64,000 nt of DNA, from assembly GCA_950097015.1 (NCBI GenBank), contig CATNEN010000001.1, positions 14,260,001 through 14,324,000 on the forward strand, read 5' to 3'. The position numbers and the translations under genes were made by a program. This DNA comes from Macrostomum hystrix. Its lineage: Eukaryota; Animalia; Platyhelminthes. This document shows, one piece after another, positions 32,700 to 45,890 of the stretch (the first letter of the stretch is position 1; the number at the start of each line of letters is the position of its first letter). Under the pieces are notes generated by a model. That model was given only the letters and a program-made list of their open reading frames with translations. It made no database searches and was not told where the DNA came from.

Positions 32700-35600
32700 G
32701 GCTTCTATGACTGCTCATGGTTCATTCTATGACTGCTCATAGTTTATTCTATGAGTGGTCATGGTTCATTCTATGACTGCTCATAGTTTATTCTATGAGT
32801 GGTCATGGTTTATTATTTGACTGTTCATGGTTTATTCTATGACTGTTCATGGTTTATTATGACTGTTCATGGTTTATTATGACTGTTCATGGTTTATTAT
32901 GACTGTTCATGGTTTATTATGACTGTTCATGGTTTATTATGACTGTTCATGGTTTATTATGACTGTTCATAGTTTATTATGACTGTTCATGGTTTATTAT
33001 GACTGTTCATGGTTTATTATGACTGTTCATGGTTTATTATGACTGTTCATGGTTTATTATGACTGTTCATGGTTTATTATGACTGTTCATGGTTTATTCT
33101 ATGACTGTTCATGGTTTATTATGACTGTTCATGGTTTATTATGACTGTTCATGGTTTATTCTATGACTGTTCATGGTTTATTATGACTGTTCATGGTTTA
33201 TTATGACTGTTAATGGTTTATTATGACTGATCATGGTTTATTATGACTGTTCATGGTTTATTATGACTGTTCATGGTTTATTATGACTGTTCATGGTTTA
33301 TTCATGACTGTTCATGGTTTATTCTATGACTGTTCATGGTTCATTCTATGACTGTTCATGGTTTATTCTATGACTGTTCATGGTTTATTCTATGACTGTT
33401 CATGGTTCATTCTATGAGTGGTCATAGTTTATTCTATGAGTGGTCATGGTTCATTCTATGACTGTTCATGGTTTATTCTATGAGTGGTCATAGTTTATTC
33501 TATGACTGTTTATGGTTTATTCTATGACTGCTCATGGTTTATTCTATGAGTGGTCATGGTTTATTCTATGAGTGGTCATTGTTTATTCTATGAGTGGTCA
33601 TGGTTTATTCATGACTGTTCATGGTTTATTCTATGACTGTTCATGGTTCATTCTATGACTGTTCATGGTTTATTCTATGACTGTTCATGGTTTATTATGA
33701 CTGTTCATGGTTTATTCTATGACTGTTCATGGTTTATTCTATGAGTGGTCATAGTTTATTCTATGAGTAGTCATAGTTTATTCTATGAGTGGTCATGGTT
33801 TATTCTATGAGTGGTCATGGTTTATTCTATGACTGTTTATGGTTTATTCTATGACTGCTCATGGTTTTTTCTATGACTGTTCATGGTTTATTCTATGACT
33901 GTTCATGGTTTATTCTATGACTGTTCATGGTTTATTATGACTGTTCATGGTTCATTCTATGACTGTTCATGGTTTATTCTATGACTGTTCATGGTTCATT
34001 CTATGACTGTTCATGGTTTATTCTATGACTGTTCATGGTTTATTATGACTGTTCATGGTTCATTCTTTGACTGTTCATGGTTTATTCTATGAGTGGTCAT
34101 AGTTTATTCTATGAGTGGTCATAGTTTATTCTATGAGTGGTCATAGTTTATTCTATGAGTGGTCATGGTTTATTCTATGAGTGGTCATTGTTTATTCTAT
34201 GAGTGGTCATGGTTTATTCATGACTGTTCATGGTTTATTCTATGACTGTTCATGGTTCATTCTATGACTGTTCATGGTTTATTCTATGAGTGGTCATAGT
34301 TTATTCTATGAGTGGTCATAGTTTATTCTATGAGTGGTCATGGTTTATTCTATGAGTGGTCATGGTTTAATCTATGACTGCTCATGGTTTTTTCTATGAC
34401 TGTTCATGGTTTATTCTATGACTGTTCATGGTTTATTATGACTGTTCATGGTTCATTATATGACTGTTCATGGTTTATTCTATGACTGTTCATGGTTCAT
34501 TCTTTGACTGTTCATGGTTTATTCTATGACTGTTCATGGTTTATTATGACTGTTCATGGTTCATTCTATGACTGTTCATGGTTTATTCTATGAGTGGTCA
34601 TAGTTTATTCTATGAGTGGTCATAGTTTATTCTATGAGTGGTCATAGTTTATTCTATGAGTGGTCATGGTTTATTCTATGAGTGGTCATTGTTTATTCTA
34701 TGAGTGGTCATGCTTTATTCATGACTGTTCATGGTTTATTCTATGACTGTTCATGGTTCATTCTATGACTGTTCATGGTTTATACTATGACTGTTCATGG
34801 TTTATTATGACTGTTCATGGTTTATTCTATGACTGTTCATGGTTCATTCTATGACTGTTCATAGTTTATTCTATGAGTGGTCATAGTTTATTCTATGAGT
34901 GGTCATGGTTTATTCTATGAGTGGTCATGGTTTATTCTATGACTGTTTATGGTTTATTCTATGACTGCTCATGGTTTTTTCTATGACTGTTCATGGTTTA
35001 TTCTATGAGTGGTCATAGTTTATTCTATGAGTGGTCATAGTTTATTCTATGAGTGGTCATAGTTTATTCTATGAGTGGTCATGGTTTATTCTATGAGTGG
35101 TCATTGTTTATTCTATGAGTGGTCATGCTTTATTCATGACTGTTCATGGTTTATTCTATGACTGTTCATGGTTCATTCTATGACTGTTCATGGTTTATTC
35201 TATGACTGTTCATGGTTTATTATGACTGTTCATTGTTTTATTATGACTGTTAATGGTTTATTATGACTGTTTATGGTTTAATTGTGACTGTTCATGGTTT
35301 ATTCATGACTGTTCATGGTTTATTCTATGACTGTTCATGGTTCATTCTATGACTGTTCATGGTTTATTCTATGACTGTTCATGGTTTATTATGACTGTTC
35401 ATGGTTCATTCTATGACTGTTCATGGTTTATTCTATGAGTGGTCATAGTTTATTCTATGAGTGGTCATGGTTTATTCTATGAGTGGTCATAGTTTATTCT
35501 ATGAGTGGTCATGGTTTATTCTATGAGTGGTCATGGTTTATTCTATGACTGTTTATGGTTTATTCTATGACTGCTCATGGTTAATTCTATGACTGCTCAT

Positions 35601-35982
35601 GGTTTATTCTATGAGTGGTCATGGTTTATTCTATGAGTGGTCATGGTTTATTCATGACTGTTCATGGTTTATTCTATGACTGTTCATGGTTCATTCTATG
35701 ACTGTTCATGGTTTATTCTATGACTGTTCATGGTTTATTCTATGACTGTTCATGGTTCATTCTATGACTGTTCATGGTTTATTCTATGACTGTTCATGGT
35801 TTATTATGACTGTTCATGGTTCATTCTATGACTGCTCATGGTTTATTCTGTGAGTGGTCATGGTTTATTCTATGAGTGGTCATGGTTTATTCTATGAGTG
35901 GTCATTGTTTATTCTATGACTGTTCATGGTTTATTCTATGATTGGTCATGGTTTATTCTATGACTGTTCAGTCTATGACTGT
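32700..35982. repeat. Minisatellite, 20/22-bp unit ATGACTGTTCATGGTTTATT(CT), ~3.3 kb
   Basis: Tandem copies with interspersed GAGTGGTCAT variants. Confidence 0.98.
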
Positions 35983-36519
35983 TTCTGAATATATCCAATG
36001 GCTATTCATGGTTTACAATGCTGTGCTAGTTACACGGTTTCCTTGAAGCCTTTAATCATGCTTCACGTCTCAGAATGACAAAATAGCTGATAAAGCTGGC
36101 CAGCAGAACTTCCTAGGAGTAATAAAGAATTCGTTTCCCATTTCATGCTACCTTCTGATATTTATTACAAGGCTAGGTTTCCCTTGCTACCGTCTCATTA
36201 GCGATTTGTCCGCGGACACCTTCATCAAATCTAACGAATTGAAGATAAACATTTTTGGATAATAAAAGTGACTAGGGATTTTTTCTAGATTGGGCCAGCA
36301 GAAACAGATTTAGGCCTGCTTCGGCAATAAAGGGAATCTACAGGTGCAACAGCCACTGATTTCATGGACCCTTAGCTGAAATACAAATATCAATCTAGGC
36401 TACCTGGCTGTCGATTCATTCTGCCGTCTTCATCTTCCTAACTGTGCCCGCTGTGATCATAAGCTAAACTGCCTCCAATCTTATCTAATCTCACACATGA
36501 ACTCATGAACTCATGATCT

Positions 36520-37225
36520 CACACTCTGTTTATCTAATCTCACTTTTTGATCATCTAATCTCACCCCTCCTTCTCAAATCTCACTTTTATTCTCCAATAT
36601 CACATACTCCTTCTCCAATCTCACCCCTCTCATTCTCTAACCTCACCCCTCTCATTCTCTAACCTCACCCCTCTCATTCTCTAACCTCACCCCTCTCATT
36701 CTCTAACCTCACCCCTCTCATTCTCCAATCTCACCCCTCTCATTCTCTAACCTCACCCCTCTCCTTCTCCAATCTGACCCCTCTCATTCTCTAATCTCAC
36801 CCCTCTCATTCTCTAATCTCACCCCTCTCATTCTCCAATCTCACCCTCTCATTCTCCAATCTCACCCCTCTCATCCACCAATCTCACCCTTTCATTCTCT
36901 GATCTCACCCTCTCATTCTCCAATCTCACCCTCTCATTCTCCAATCTCACCCCTCTCATCCACCAATCTCACCCTCTCATCCTCCAATCTCAGCCCTCTC
37001 ATCCTCCAATCTCAGCCCTCTCATCCACCAATCTCACCCTCTCATCCTCCAATCTCAGCCCTCTCATCCACCAATCTCAGCCCTCTCATTCTCCAATCTC
37101 ACCCCTCTCATCCACCAATCTCACCCTCTCATCCTCCAATCTCACCCTCTCATCCTCCAATCTCAGCCCTCTCATCCTCCAATCTCACCCCTCTCATCCA
37201 CCAATCTCAGCCCTCTCATCCTCCA
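36520..37225. repeat. Pyrimidine-rich 21-22-bp minisatellite CTCACCCCTCTCATTCTCCAAT
   Basis: Tandem copies are visible. Confidence 0.95.
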
Positions 37226-37909
37226 GTATTTTGCCTGTTTCTCAGTAGGATTTGTATTACTATACTATAACAGTCATTTCCCGAGTCTTCTCGCATGCAT
37301 ATCCACAATTTGTCATGATTCTGCTAGACCTTAGTTCTAGATGCTCAGTTGATCAACCTCCTTAATGCTGGTTCTCAGTGTCATTATCAGTGACTATATC
37401 CCTCCGCAACTGACTCCTGTCTTCCTAGTGTTAGGGGGGCCTGGGGGCAGATCCAGTTGCAGTTTGTGAAGCAGACAGCAGACTGACTTGTGTCATATTA
37501 ATCTAGATCCCATGTGCACTTGTTAAATCCCAAAGAACTAAATGCTAATATTAATACTTCATCTGTGAATGTCTACTTTGCGTATATTTTGTTGTATGCC
37601 TTCTACACGCTCGTACGTGGTATTTATAGATAGATTCCGAGTTGTGTAGTAAAAAAATTCTCTTTAGATATAAAGACTCGGGTTAAATATATTTTTGTGT
37701 CAGTTAAACTATTTATTTACAGTGTTTTCTTACAAGCATTGCAGATAAGCAAAGCCTCATCCAGGTGAGACTGTCCTTTATGTCAATCAACACGGATCTT
37801 ATTTTTAATTACTCCCAGACCTCTTCACGATCCTATTTTACAATATTTTCCCTATTCACAACAGAAATCTCCCATTCAGTATGTTATATTGTCTACCCAC
37901 TCCCTGTAC

Positions 37910-38625
37910 TGATCTAATCTCACCCTGTTCTGATCTAATATCCACCCTGTTCTGATATAATCTCACTATGCTCTGACCTATTCTCACCCTGTTCTTGTCT
38001 AATCTCACCATGTTCTGATCTAATCTCACTATGTTCTTATCTAATCTCACTCAGTTCTGACATAATCTCACCCTGTTCTGACATAATCTCACCCTGTTCT
38101 GATATAATCTCACCCTGTTCTGATATAATCTCACCCTGTTCTGATATAATCTCACCCTGTCGTAGTCTAATCTCACCCTGTTGCGATCTAATCTCGCTCT
38201 GCTGATCTACTAATCTCACTTTTGTGATATCTGATCTAATCTAACCTTAGTGTGATTTAATCTCACACTGTAATGATATCATTTCGCCATACTGTCATCT
38301 AATCTCACCCTATATTGCGATCTAATCTCACTTTGCTGATTAGCTCATCTTCACTTTGGTGATATCTGATCTCACTTTGGTGATATCTGATCTCACTTTG
38401 GTGATATCTGATCTCACTTTGGTGATATCTGATCTCACTTTGGTGATATCTGATCTCACTTTGGTGATATCTAATCTCACTTTGGTGATATCTGATCTCA
38501 CTTTGGTGATATCTGATCTCACTTTGGTGATATCTGATCTCACTTTGGTGATATCTGATCTCACTTTGGTGATATCTAATCTCACTTTGGTGATATCTAA
38601 TCTCACTTTGGTGATATCTGATCTC
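37910..38625. repeat. Two adjacent related 21-bp minisatellites (ATCTAATCTCACCCTGTTCTG, then GATCTCACTTTGGTGATATCT)
   Basis: A degenerate array at 37910-38330 grades into a homogeneous array at 38350-38625. They share an ATCTCAC core with 36520-37225. Confidence 0.93.
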
Positions 38626-39174
38626 CCTCTAGACTCTAATCTAGTTCCTACAACAATAAAATCTCACTCTGCTTACTGCCTGACCCCAATAACTAGAGCT
38701 CCCTAATAGATTCCTTGCTCTCGCCCAAGAGTACCGCATATCTCTGAGTGCATTCCCCAACACTTCCCTGCCTTACCTCGCAGACTTTGAAAGCAGTTTC
38801 TTACTAGCTTGGTCCGTCCACAGTCAGTCAATTGCTAGCAGCTGTTTGCGGACCTTCCACTTTTTGGACATGGGACAACACAAAACACACACACGTTCGT
38901 ATACTCGCAAGCGTTCATAACAGATATACATTCTATTTCTATTCAAGAATGCATTAGGCTAACAAAATAGACTAGAAAAGTGCTTTGTCCTGTGCGGTCA
39001 CAATTTTATGGTCTACAGGAATTCGTACCTTAGAAAGGGAAAAATAGATAAGTTTTTCTTCTTGAAAAAAGGTAAAAATACTTCACTTTTAGAGATAAAA
39101 AATGGACAGCGACAGCTGTGAATTAAACTTTTACTGAAACTCCCATTTACACCTAAAGAAGGAACTTATCCAAT

Positions 39175-39690
39175 TGACAGCTCTGATTACCAAAATGACA
39201 GCTCTGATTGCCAAAATGACAGCTCTGATTACCAAAATGACAGCTCTGATTACCAAAATGACAGCTCTGATTACCAAAATGACAGCTCTGATTACCAAAA
39301 TGGCAGCTCTGATTACCAAAATGACAGTTTAATTACCATAATGACAGCTCTGATTACCAAAATGACAGCTCTGATTACCAAAATGGCAGCTCTGATTACC
39401 AAAATGACAGTTTAATTACCATAATGACAGCTCTGATTACCAAAATGACAGCTCTGATTACCAAAATGACAGTTTAATTACCATAATGACAGCTCTGATT
39501 ACCAAAATGACAGCTCTGATTACCAAAATGGCAGCTCTGATTACCAAAATGACAGTTTAATTACCAAAATGACAGCTCTGATTACCAAAATGACAGTTTA
39601 ATTACCATAATGACAGCTCTGATTACCAAAATGACAGCTCTGATTACCAAAATGACAGCTCTGATTACCAAAATGACAGCTCTGATTATA
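39175..39690. repeat. Minisatellite, 21-bp unit GACAGCTCTGATTACCAAAAT
   Basis: About 24 tandem copies. Confidence 0.97.
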
Positions 39691-40289
39691 CCAAATGAAA
39701 TTTCTTATTCTGTGGCCCACAGCATCTCAACCAAAAAAGGCGTTGGTAAATATACGAGTACGACTCGTATAATGGAATAATATTGTAAACCACACTTCTA
39801 TAAGGCCAGAACATATTTTTCCAAGAAAGATAAACGACGTACTTAAAAATTCGTTAAGTTTTCATTGCGTAGTAAAAGTACAAAACAATTCTAACAAAAA
39901 AACATTTCATACATTCTTACACTGCGCTTGTTACTGACTGCTCAAACGGATAGACATCATTGAGCTATCCAGTTTCACCACTAAACTCGGAAGGCAAAAT
40001 AGTTTAGGTTCAGCTTGGTTGACCTCATCATCAGATGGTGCAGAAGTTTTTTTATGAGGAATTTACACACACACTGGTCTTGAGGCTTCGAAAATTGAAT
40101 TCGTGCTCACCAGCTCAGCGTGCGATTCCGCTTCGTTGGAGATAAAAGGAATTCTCGTGACTCGAGCTTGATCCGCTCTTATCACTACGTGTCTACGAAT
40201 GGGGCGTGGTAACCAGATGAGAACAGACTCAAAATAATCTGTCTAAAGTAGGTTCGAATCACGAGTAAAAAGAAGAAGGAAAAAACTGG

Positions 40290-40680
40290 AGGAGAAAGCG
40301 GAGACAGTTGAGGAGAGAGCGGAGACAGTGGAGGAGAGAGCGGAGACAGTGGAGGAGAGAGCGGAGACAGTGGAGGAGAGAGCGGAGACAGGAGGAGAGA
40401 GCGGAGACAGTGGAGGAGAGAGCGGAGACAATGGAGGAGAGAGCGGAGACAGTGGAGGAGAGAGCGGAGACAGGAGGAGAGAGCGGAGACAGTGGAGGAG
40501 AGAGCGGAGACAGTTGAGTAGAGAGCGGAGACAGAGGAGTAGAGAGTGCAGACATAGCAAGAGAGAGCGAAGACATAGGAGTAGAGAGCGGAGACAGTGC
40601 AGGAGAGAGCTGAGAAAGAGGAGGAGACAGTAGGAGAGAGCGGGAGACAGGAGGATGAGAGAGCTGAGAAAGAGAAGTTC
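40290..40680. repeat. Purine-rich 21-bp minisatellite GGAGACAGTGGAGGAGAGAGC
   Basis: Tandem copies, related to the reverse complement of 11825-12150. Confidence 0.94.
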
Positions 40681-41470
40681 AGGCAGCGCAAAACTAAGAT
40701 AGTCTAGACTTACGAGTAATACGAGCGTGTATCTTAAGCATCAAACATCCTAATATATTCTGTAAATTTTTCTAAAATGAGATACGAATGAGAAGCCTGT
40801 GTACTCTGATTTCAACTGGGGAAAGACGCCTCGTAGTGCCTCGCCTCGTATCTCTGCCGAGTGCTTTAGAAGTGGCATCCAATGAATCATCAGCAAGGAA
40901 AAACTGACATTGTAGAACCTAATTAATTTGATGAGCGGTGCAGAATGGCCAAATGCTCAGGTGATGAGCGTGGGCCCTCTCACGCTAATTAACAGATGGC
41001 GACCTGTCATTTGAAACAAATTTTGAAGTGTGCACCAGGGACTGGCCTTGTTTCTTGAGCGTTTCCTGCAGCTGCGAAATCTCAAAATTAACACCTGCTG
41101 CTAATTTAATCACAATTATTTTCCTTTAGATTATATACAGATTTTTTATGCCTGTTCGATCGTAAGCCTTTAACAGTAGAAATACCATGATATTTTTCCC
41201 ATTTCGGCTATTTCAAATACCCCGAATTTGAAATTTTGTGACCAGAAAGTTTGTCTATATTGGTGGTTTTTTCCACCCACCAGAGACCCGACGAGAATCG
41301 TTGAATGTCTCGACGATGCCGATGTTTTGTGATTCTGGAAGTTTTATATAGATTACAGCGACTGTCATGGCTAATGGTTGAGTAATTTGGGAGATGCAGA
41401 TAAAATGTGATCTTTTTACTGCCTTCCTAAAATCTACCGTTTTCTTTTTAATATTTTCTCAAATGAAAAC

Positions 41471-41600
41471 GTCAGGGCAGATGTACACACCTGTGTGAGT
41501 GTGTGCTCAGGAGCCAGCGAAGTAGGCAGAACTGCCTCCTCGCTGGCTGAGGGTCTGGTGTCACCAAATGATGCGCCATTGCCCGCAGCCCTCCTGCAAC
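41471..41600 (+). mobile_element. SINE family 1, 5'-truncated copy
   Basis: GTCAGGGCAGATGTACACACCTGTG...GCCCGCAGCCCTCCTGCAA matches the 3' half of the family. Confidence 0.85.
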
Positions 41601-43204
41601 AAAGTTTTTAAGGGAAAGTGAAAGTTTTGTAGCAGTAATAGATCGCCGATTATTTAAGTAGCTCGAAATAAAAGTAGCAAAAGCTTTTTCAAAAAGTCTC
41701 AGAACATGCAATGCCATCATTTTACTCTTCTTGCCTTTTTCATGGCATAAAAATAGTTTGAAAAAAAACAAGTTTAAAGTGATTTATTCATTGGCAGAAT
41801 AAATTCTGCCCCGCTAGGTCTCGTTGAGCAAAGAATGCCTGGCGAGCGCTGGGTCAACAATCAGTCCAAATGATTGATCACCTGGGATAATTAATTCAAC
41901 AGTTGCCAGGGAGAACCGATTAAGCATTTGGTGCTCAGTGAAATTCCTTGGCACCACGTCAAGCAAAGATTTCTCGACTTAGCCTCAGAGTTAATAAATA
42001 ATTCAACAGCGACTTGATAGTCTCGCAAAGGCCTTTTTAAACCGAAAAAATCGAACGAAACCCCCACGAAAACTTTTTTGGTAGTCGATAATTCGCCTGC
42101 CTCACAGCCTCACCACCGGCTCTCGCGCCTTCAGCTGACAATCAAACCCCGGAGGGCGAAGTCCAGTTGTCGGGCGGATACAGTCTGATTGTCATCTCCC
42201 ACAGTTTCAGCTGCCAGCCACGCCTACACAATGTCCCCAAGTCGACATCACACACCGCTAGCCACTGCATCAGATAGTCTCGCTGGAGAAAGTCGCGTTG
42301 ATTCCCTCGGGAAATGTGTGAAGCAGCGGCAGCAGCAGCAGCTAAAGAAGACCTGACTACTATATAGTCCCCTCCCCCTCCATTGCCTGATGCACTAACA
42401 AGAACTGAGCGAAGGATTTTGGTCGAAAACTGTCAGAAGCAATTTATTTCGCTATTCACTGGCAAGCTGCGCATTGGACTTCAGCCTTCGGATTAGAAAG
42501 TCAAAGCGGAGAGACCACTAGGCCCTGCAGCCTATTAGAGCAGCACTCTGCTCTGCCCTTCTCCCTGTAGTACTTAATGAGCAGCTTGTTGAGCACACTC
42601 GCACTCCACTCGCAATCTCTCTTTTTCTTTGTCCTTTTCTGGCTCGCCAAATCTCTTTTTGATTCTCAGGGCCCTTGCCTGACAATTTTGTTCGATTGCA
42701 ATGTCCTAATTTTTCTTATGCAGACTTTTCTCTTTGACGTCTGCTCCTGCTACTCTGCCCCTCTAATCTAGTCTCGCTATGAAGTCTTGAAATTGTCTCC
42801 ATATTTTTTAGTCTTTCAATTCCTTTCATTTTCTAAGACCCACTTGGGCCATTGAGAATAGTCTCACACCCTGTTTCAATTTAAGTAAACTGGGCGTTTA
42901 AAAAGCTCTCAAATTTCTGTGGAAGCGCTTAGAAGCAGAAGACAGAACCCGGGGACTATTGTGAACTCGCAAAACAAAAATTGAACGCATAATCGGCTAT
43001 AGACTCAATTCAGACATTGGTCTGGTCTAACTTCTCTCGCCCCTATCTCATGAACGCTTAGGTCAGCACTTAGTGGACAATGCTCTCCATTCCGTCCCTG
43101 TCCCAACAGATTCTTTGAGGCTGAACTAGACCCACTTTAGAAAATATCTATACCGAATAGATTTTAGATTTCTAAAGCTCTGCTTTCGTCTTGTTAAATG
43201 GAAA

Positions 43205-44600
43205 AAGTGTGTGCAGTACTATCATGGAGTGTGTGCAGTGCTATCATGGAGAGTGTACAGTGCTATCATGGAGTGTGTACAGTGCTATCATGGAGTGTGT
43301 GCAGTGCTATCATGGAGAGTGTGCAGTGCTATCATGGAGTGTGTGCAGTGCTATCATGGAGTGTATGCAGTACTATCATGGAGTGTGTGCAGTGCTATCA
43401 TGGAGAGTGTGCAGTGCTATCATGGAGTGTGTGCAGTACTATCATGGAGTGTGTGCAGTGCTATCATGGAGTGTGTGCAGTACTATCATGGAGTGTGTGC
43501 AGTGCTATCATGGAGTGTGTGCAGTACTATCATGGAGTGTGTGCAGTGCTATCATGGAGAGTGTACAGTACTATCATGGAGTGTGTGCAGTACTATCATG
43601 GAGTGTGTGCAGTGCTATCATGGAGTGTGTGCAGTGCAATCATTGAGTGTGTGCAGTGCTATCATGGAGAGTGTACAGTACTATCATGGAGTGTGTGCAG
43701 TGCTATCATGGAGAGTGTACAGTACTATCACGGAGTGTGGGCAGTGCTATCATGGAGTGTGTACAGTACTATCATGGAGTGTGTGCAGTACTATCATGGA
43801 GAGTGTACAGTGCTATCATGGAGTGTGTGCAGTGCTATCATGGAGTGTGTACAGTACTATCATGGAGTGTGTGCAGTACTATCATGGAGAGTGTACAGTA
43901 CTATCATGGAGTGTATGCAGTGCTATCATGGAGAGTGTACAGTGCTATCATGGAGTGTGTGCAGTACTTTCATGGAGAGTGTACAGTGCTATCATGGAGT
44001 GTGTGCAGTACTTTCATGGAGAGTGTACAGTGCTATCATGGAGTGTGTGCAGTGCTATCATGGAGTGTGTGCAGTGCTATCATGGAGTGTGTGCAGTACT
44101 ATCATGGAGAGTGTACAGTGCTATCATGGAGTGTGTGCAGTACTTTCATGGAGAGTGTACAGTGCTATCATGGAGTGTGTGCAGTGCTATCATGGAGTGT
44201 GTACAGTACTATCATGGAGTGTGTGCAGTACTATCATGGAGAGTGTACAGTACTATCATGGAGTGTATGCAGTGCTATCATGGAGTGTGTACAGTACTAT
44301 CACGGAGTGTATACAGTGCTATCATGGAGAGTGTACAGTGCTATCATGGAGTGTGTGCAGTACTTTCATGGAGAGTGTACAGTGCTATCATGGAGTGTGT
44401 ACAGTACTATCATGGAGTGTGTGCAGTACTATCATGGAGAGTGTGCAGTACTATCATGGAGAGTGTACAGTACTATCACGGAGTGTATACAGTGCTATCA
44501 TGGAGAGTGTACAGTGCTATCATGGAGTGTGTGCAGTACTATCATGGAGTGTGTGCAGTGCTATCATGGAGTGTTGTTCAGTACAATCATGGAGTGTGTA
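43205..44600. repeat. Minisatellite, 22-bp unit GTGTGCAGTGCTATCATGGAGT
   Basis: About 63 tandem copies. It is stop-free in all three + frames, which produces the spurious ORFs. Confidence 0.98.
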
Positions 44601-45299
44601 CAACAAATATAACTACGCAACTTAATGATAAAATAAATTTAGTTCTATAGAATTTCATCTATAAGGGTTTCGGATTGTACAGACTGTTCACCTTTTCAAA
44701 TTTTCAAGTGTACTGGCAATGCTATGCCGTCTTGGGACAGAAAATGATACAAAAGGACAGCGAGATGAGGTTAAAAGCTATTTCTACATTATTCTATTTG
44801 TGAATGAAAGGCTAAATTCTGGTCTCTGTTAAAGTAAAGCTATAATGGGCGGTTTCGCCTTTATCTTTTTCAACCTGCATTTGAACTGGAATGTGACATT
44901 TCTGAAGCACCCGAATAGCAAATCTCTATCTGTACAATATCTGTGCTTCCTCTAGCACTACTCCAAAAACCATTTGAAGACGAAGCTCTTCTATGATTAG
45001 CAGGTGGCGAATCCGTACTGGTACAAAATGTAATGATTAGCAATATTGTCGATACAATATGTTAAACTACAATAGCTGACATGCTGTCATATAATGCAAT
45101 TTTGTGAGCAGAAAAATATCCCTATATTGGTGGTTCTTGCCACCAAACCCACCCGACGAAGTGCAAATAAAATGTGGCATATTTGATTCTACAATATTAT
45201 TGCCTTTATATAAAGTTGTTCAAGTTTAATACCGCATGTATGCAGACTACTTTTAACTACGGCATTCTTGTCTTGAATTTTTTCTCTACACTGTTGTTT

Positions 45300-45467
45300 A
45301 GTTGAAGGCTTCGTACGGCTGTTCAGTCCATGGACTGGAGGACACTATAGCCACCCTCCTTCAATTACTGCAGCTACGAGGATACAAATGGTTCAAGTGG
45401 AATTAGGAATCGAACCCCCGACCTTCAAGCCGTGAGTCCGACGCTCTAACCACTAGGCTACAACCAT
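45300..45467 (-). mobile_element. tRNA-derived SINE, family 2
   Basis: The reverse complement reads GGTTGTAGCCTAGTGGTTAGAGCGTCGGACTCACGGCTTGAAGGTCGGGGGTTCGATTCC (A- and B-boxes), followed by the 3' block shared with 32035-32190. It lacks a tRNA 3' acceptor strand. Confidence 0.8.
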
Positions 45468-45890
45468 TATTTTACTGACTAATACGATCTAAAATTCCCT
45501 TGCTGTTCACTGCTACCTTAAAATGCAATCTGCAATAATAGATTAAACTGAAGTCCCACTGGCTCTGCTTCCGTTTGCATTAATGCCTTAAATAAACAAT
45601 AAATTATTAAACATGTTAGATCCTGTTTTAATCTCTCTTTTATATAAATAAAATAGAGTGATTTTATTAGATGCCTGATTAATAAATTATATTGCAAAGC
45701 TCTTTATTCCACGTTAGTACGACTGCGTACGTTTTGTCATTTGTAATTTGTCACGAAACATTCAAAGAAAGCGACGTTTGATTGGTTTGCAACGGCATTG
45801 TTCTAAACCGAATTAAAAAAGCCAGGGCTTAGGTGTTCTTGTCATTGAAGCAAGTGAAATTGAGTTTAAGAGGCCGATTTCAGCCGCAAC

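Noticed and set aside
42577-42771. 64-aa hydrophobic ORF
   Set aside because: The hydrophobicity follows from T/C-rich composition. There is no recognisable motif or splice support.
43191-44650. Overlapping ORFs of up to 479 aa
   Set aside because: The 22-bp repeat has no stops in any + frame and all frames give the same cyclic peptide.
45405-45467. Possible tRNA gene
   Set aside because: It has A/B boxes but no 3' acceptor-stem strand and continues into a body shared with 32035-32190, so it is a SINE head.
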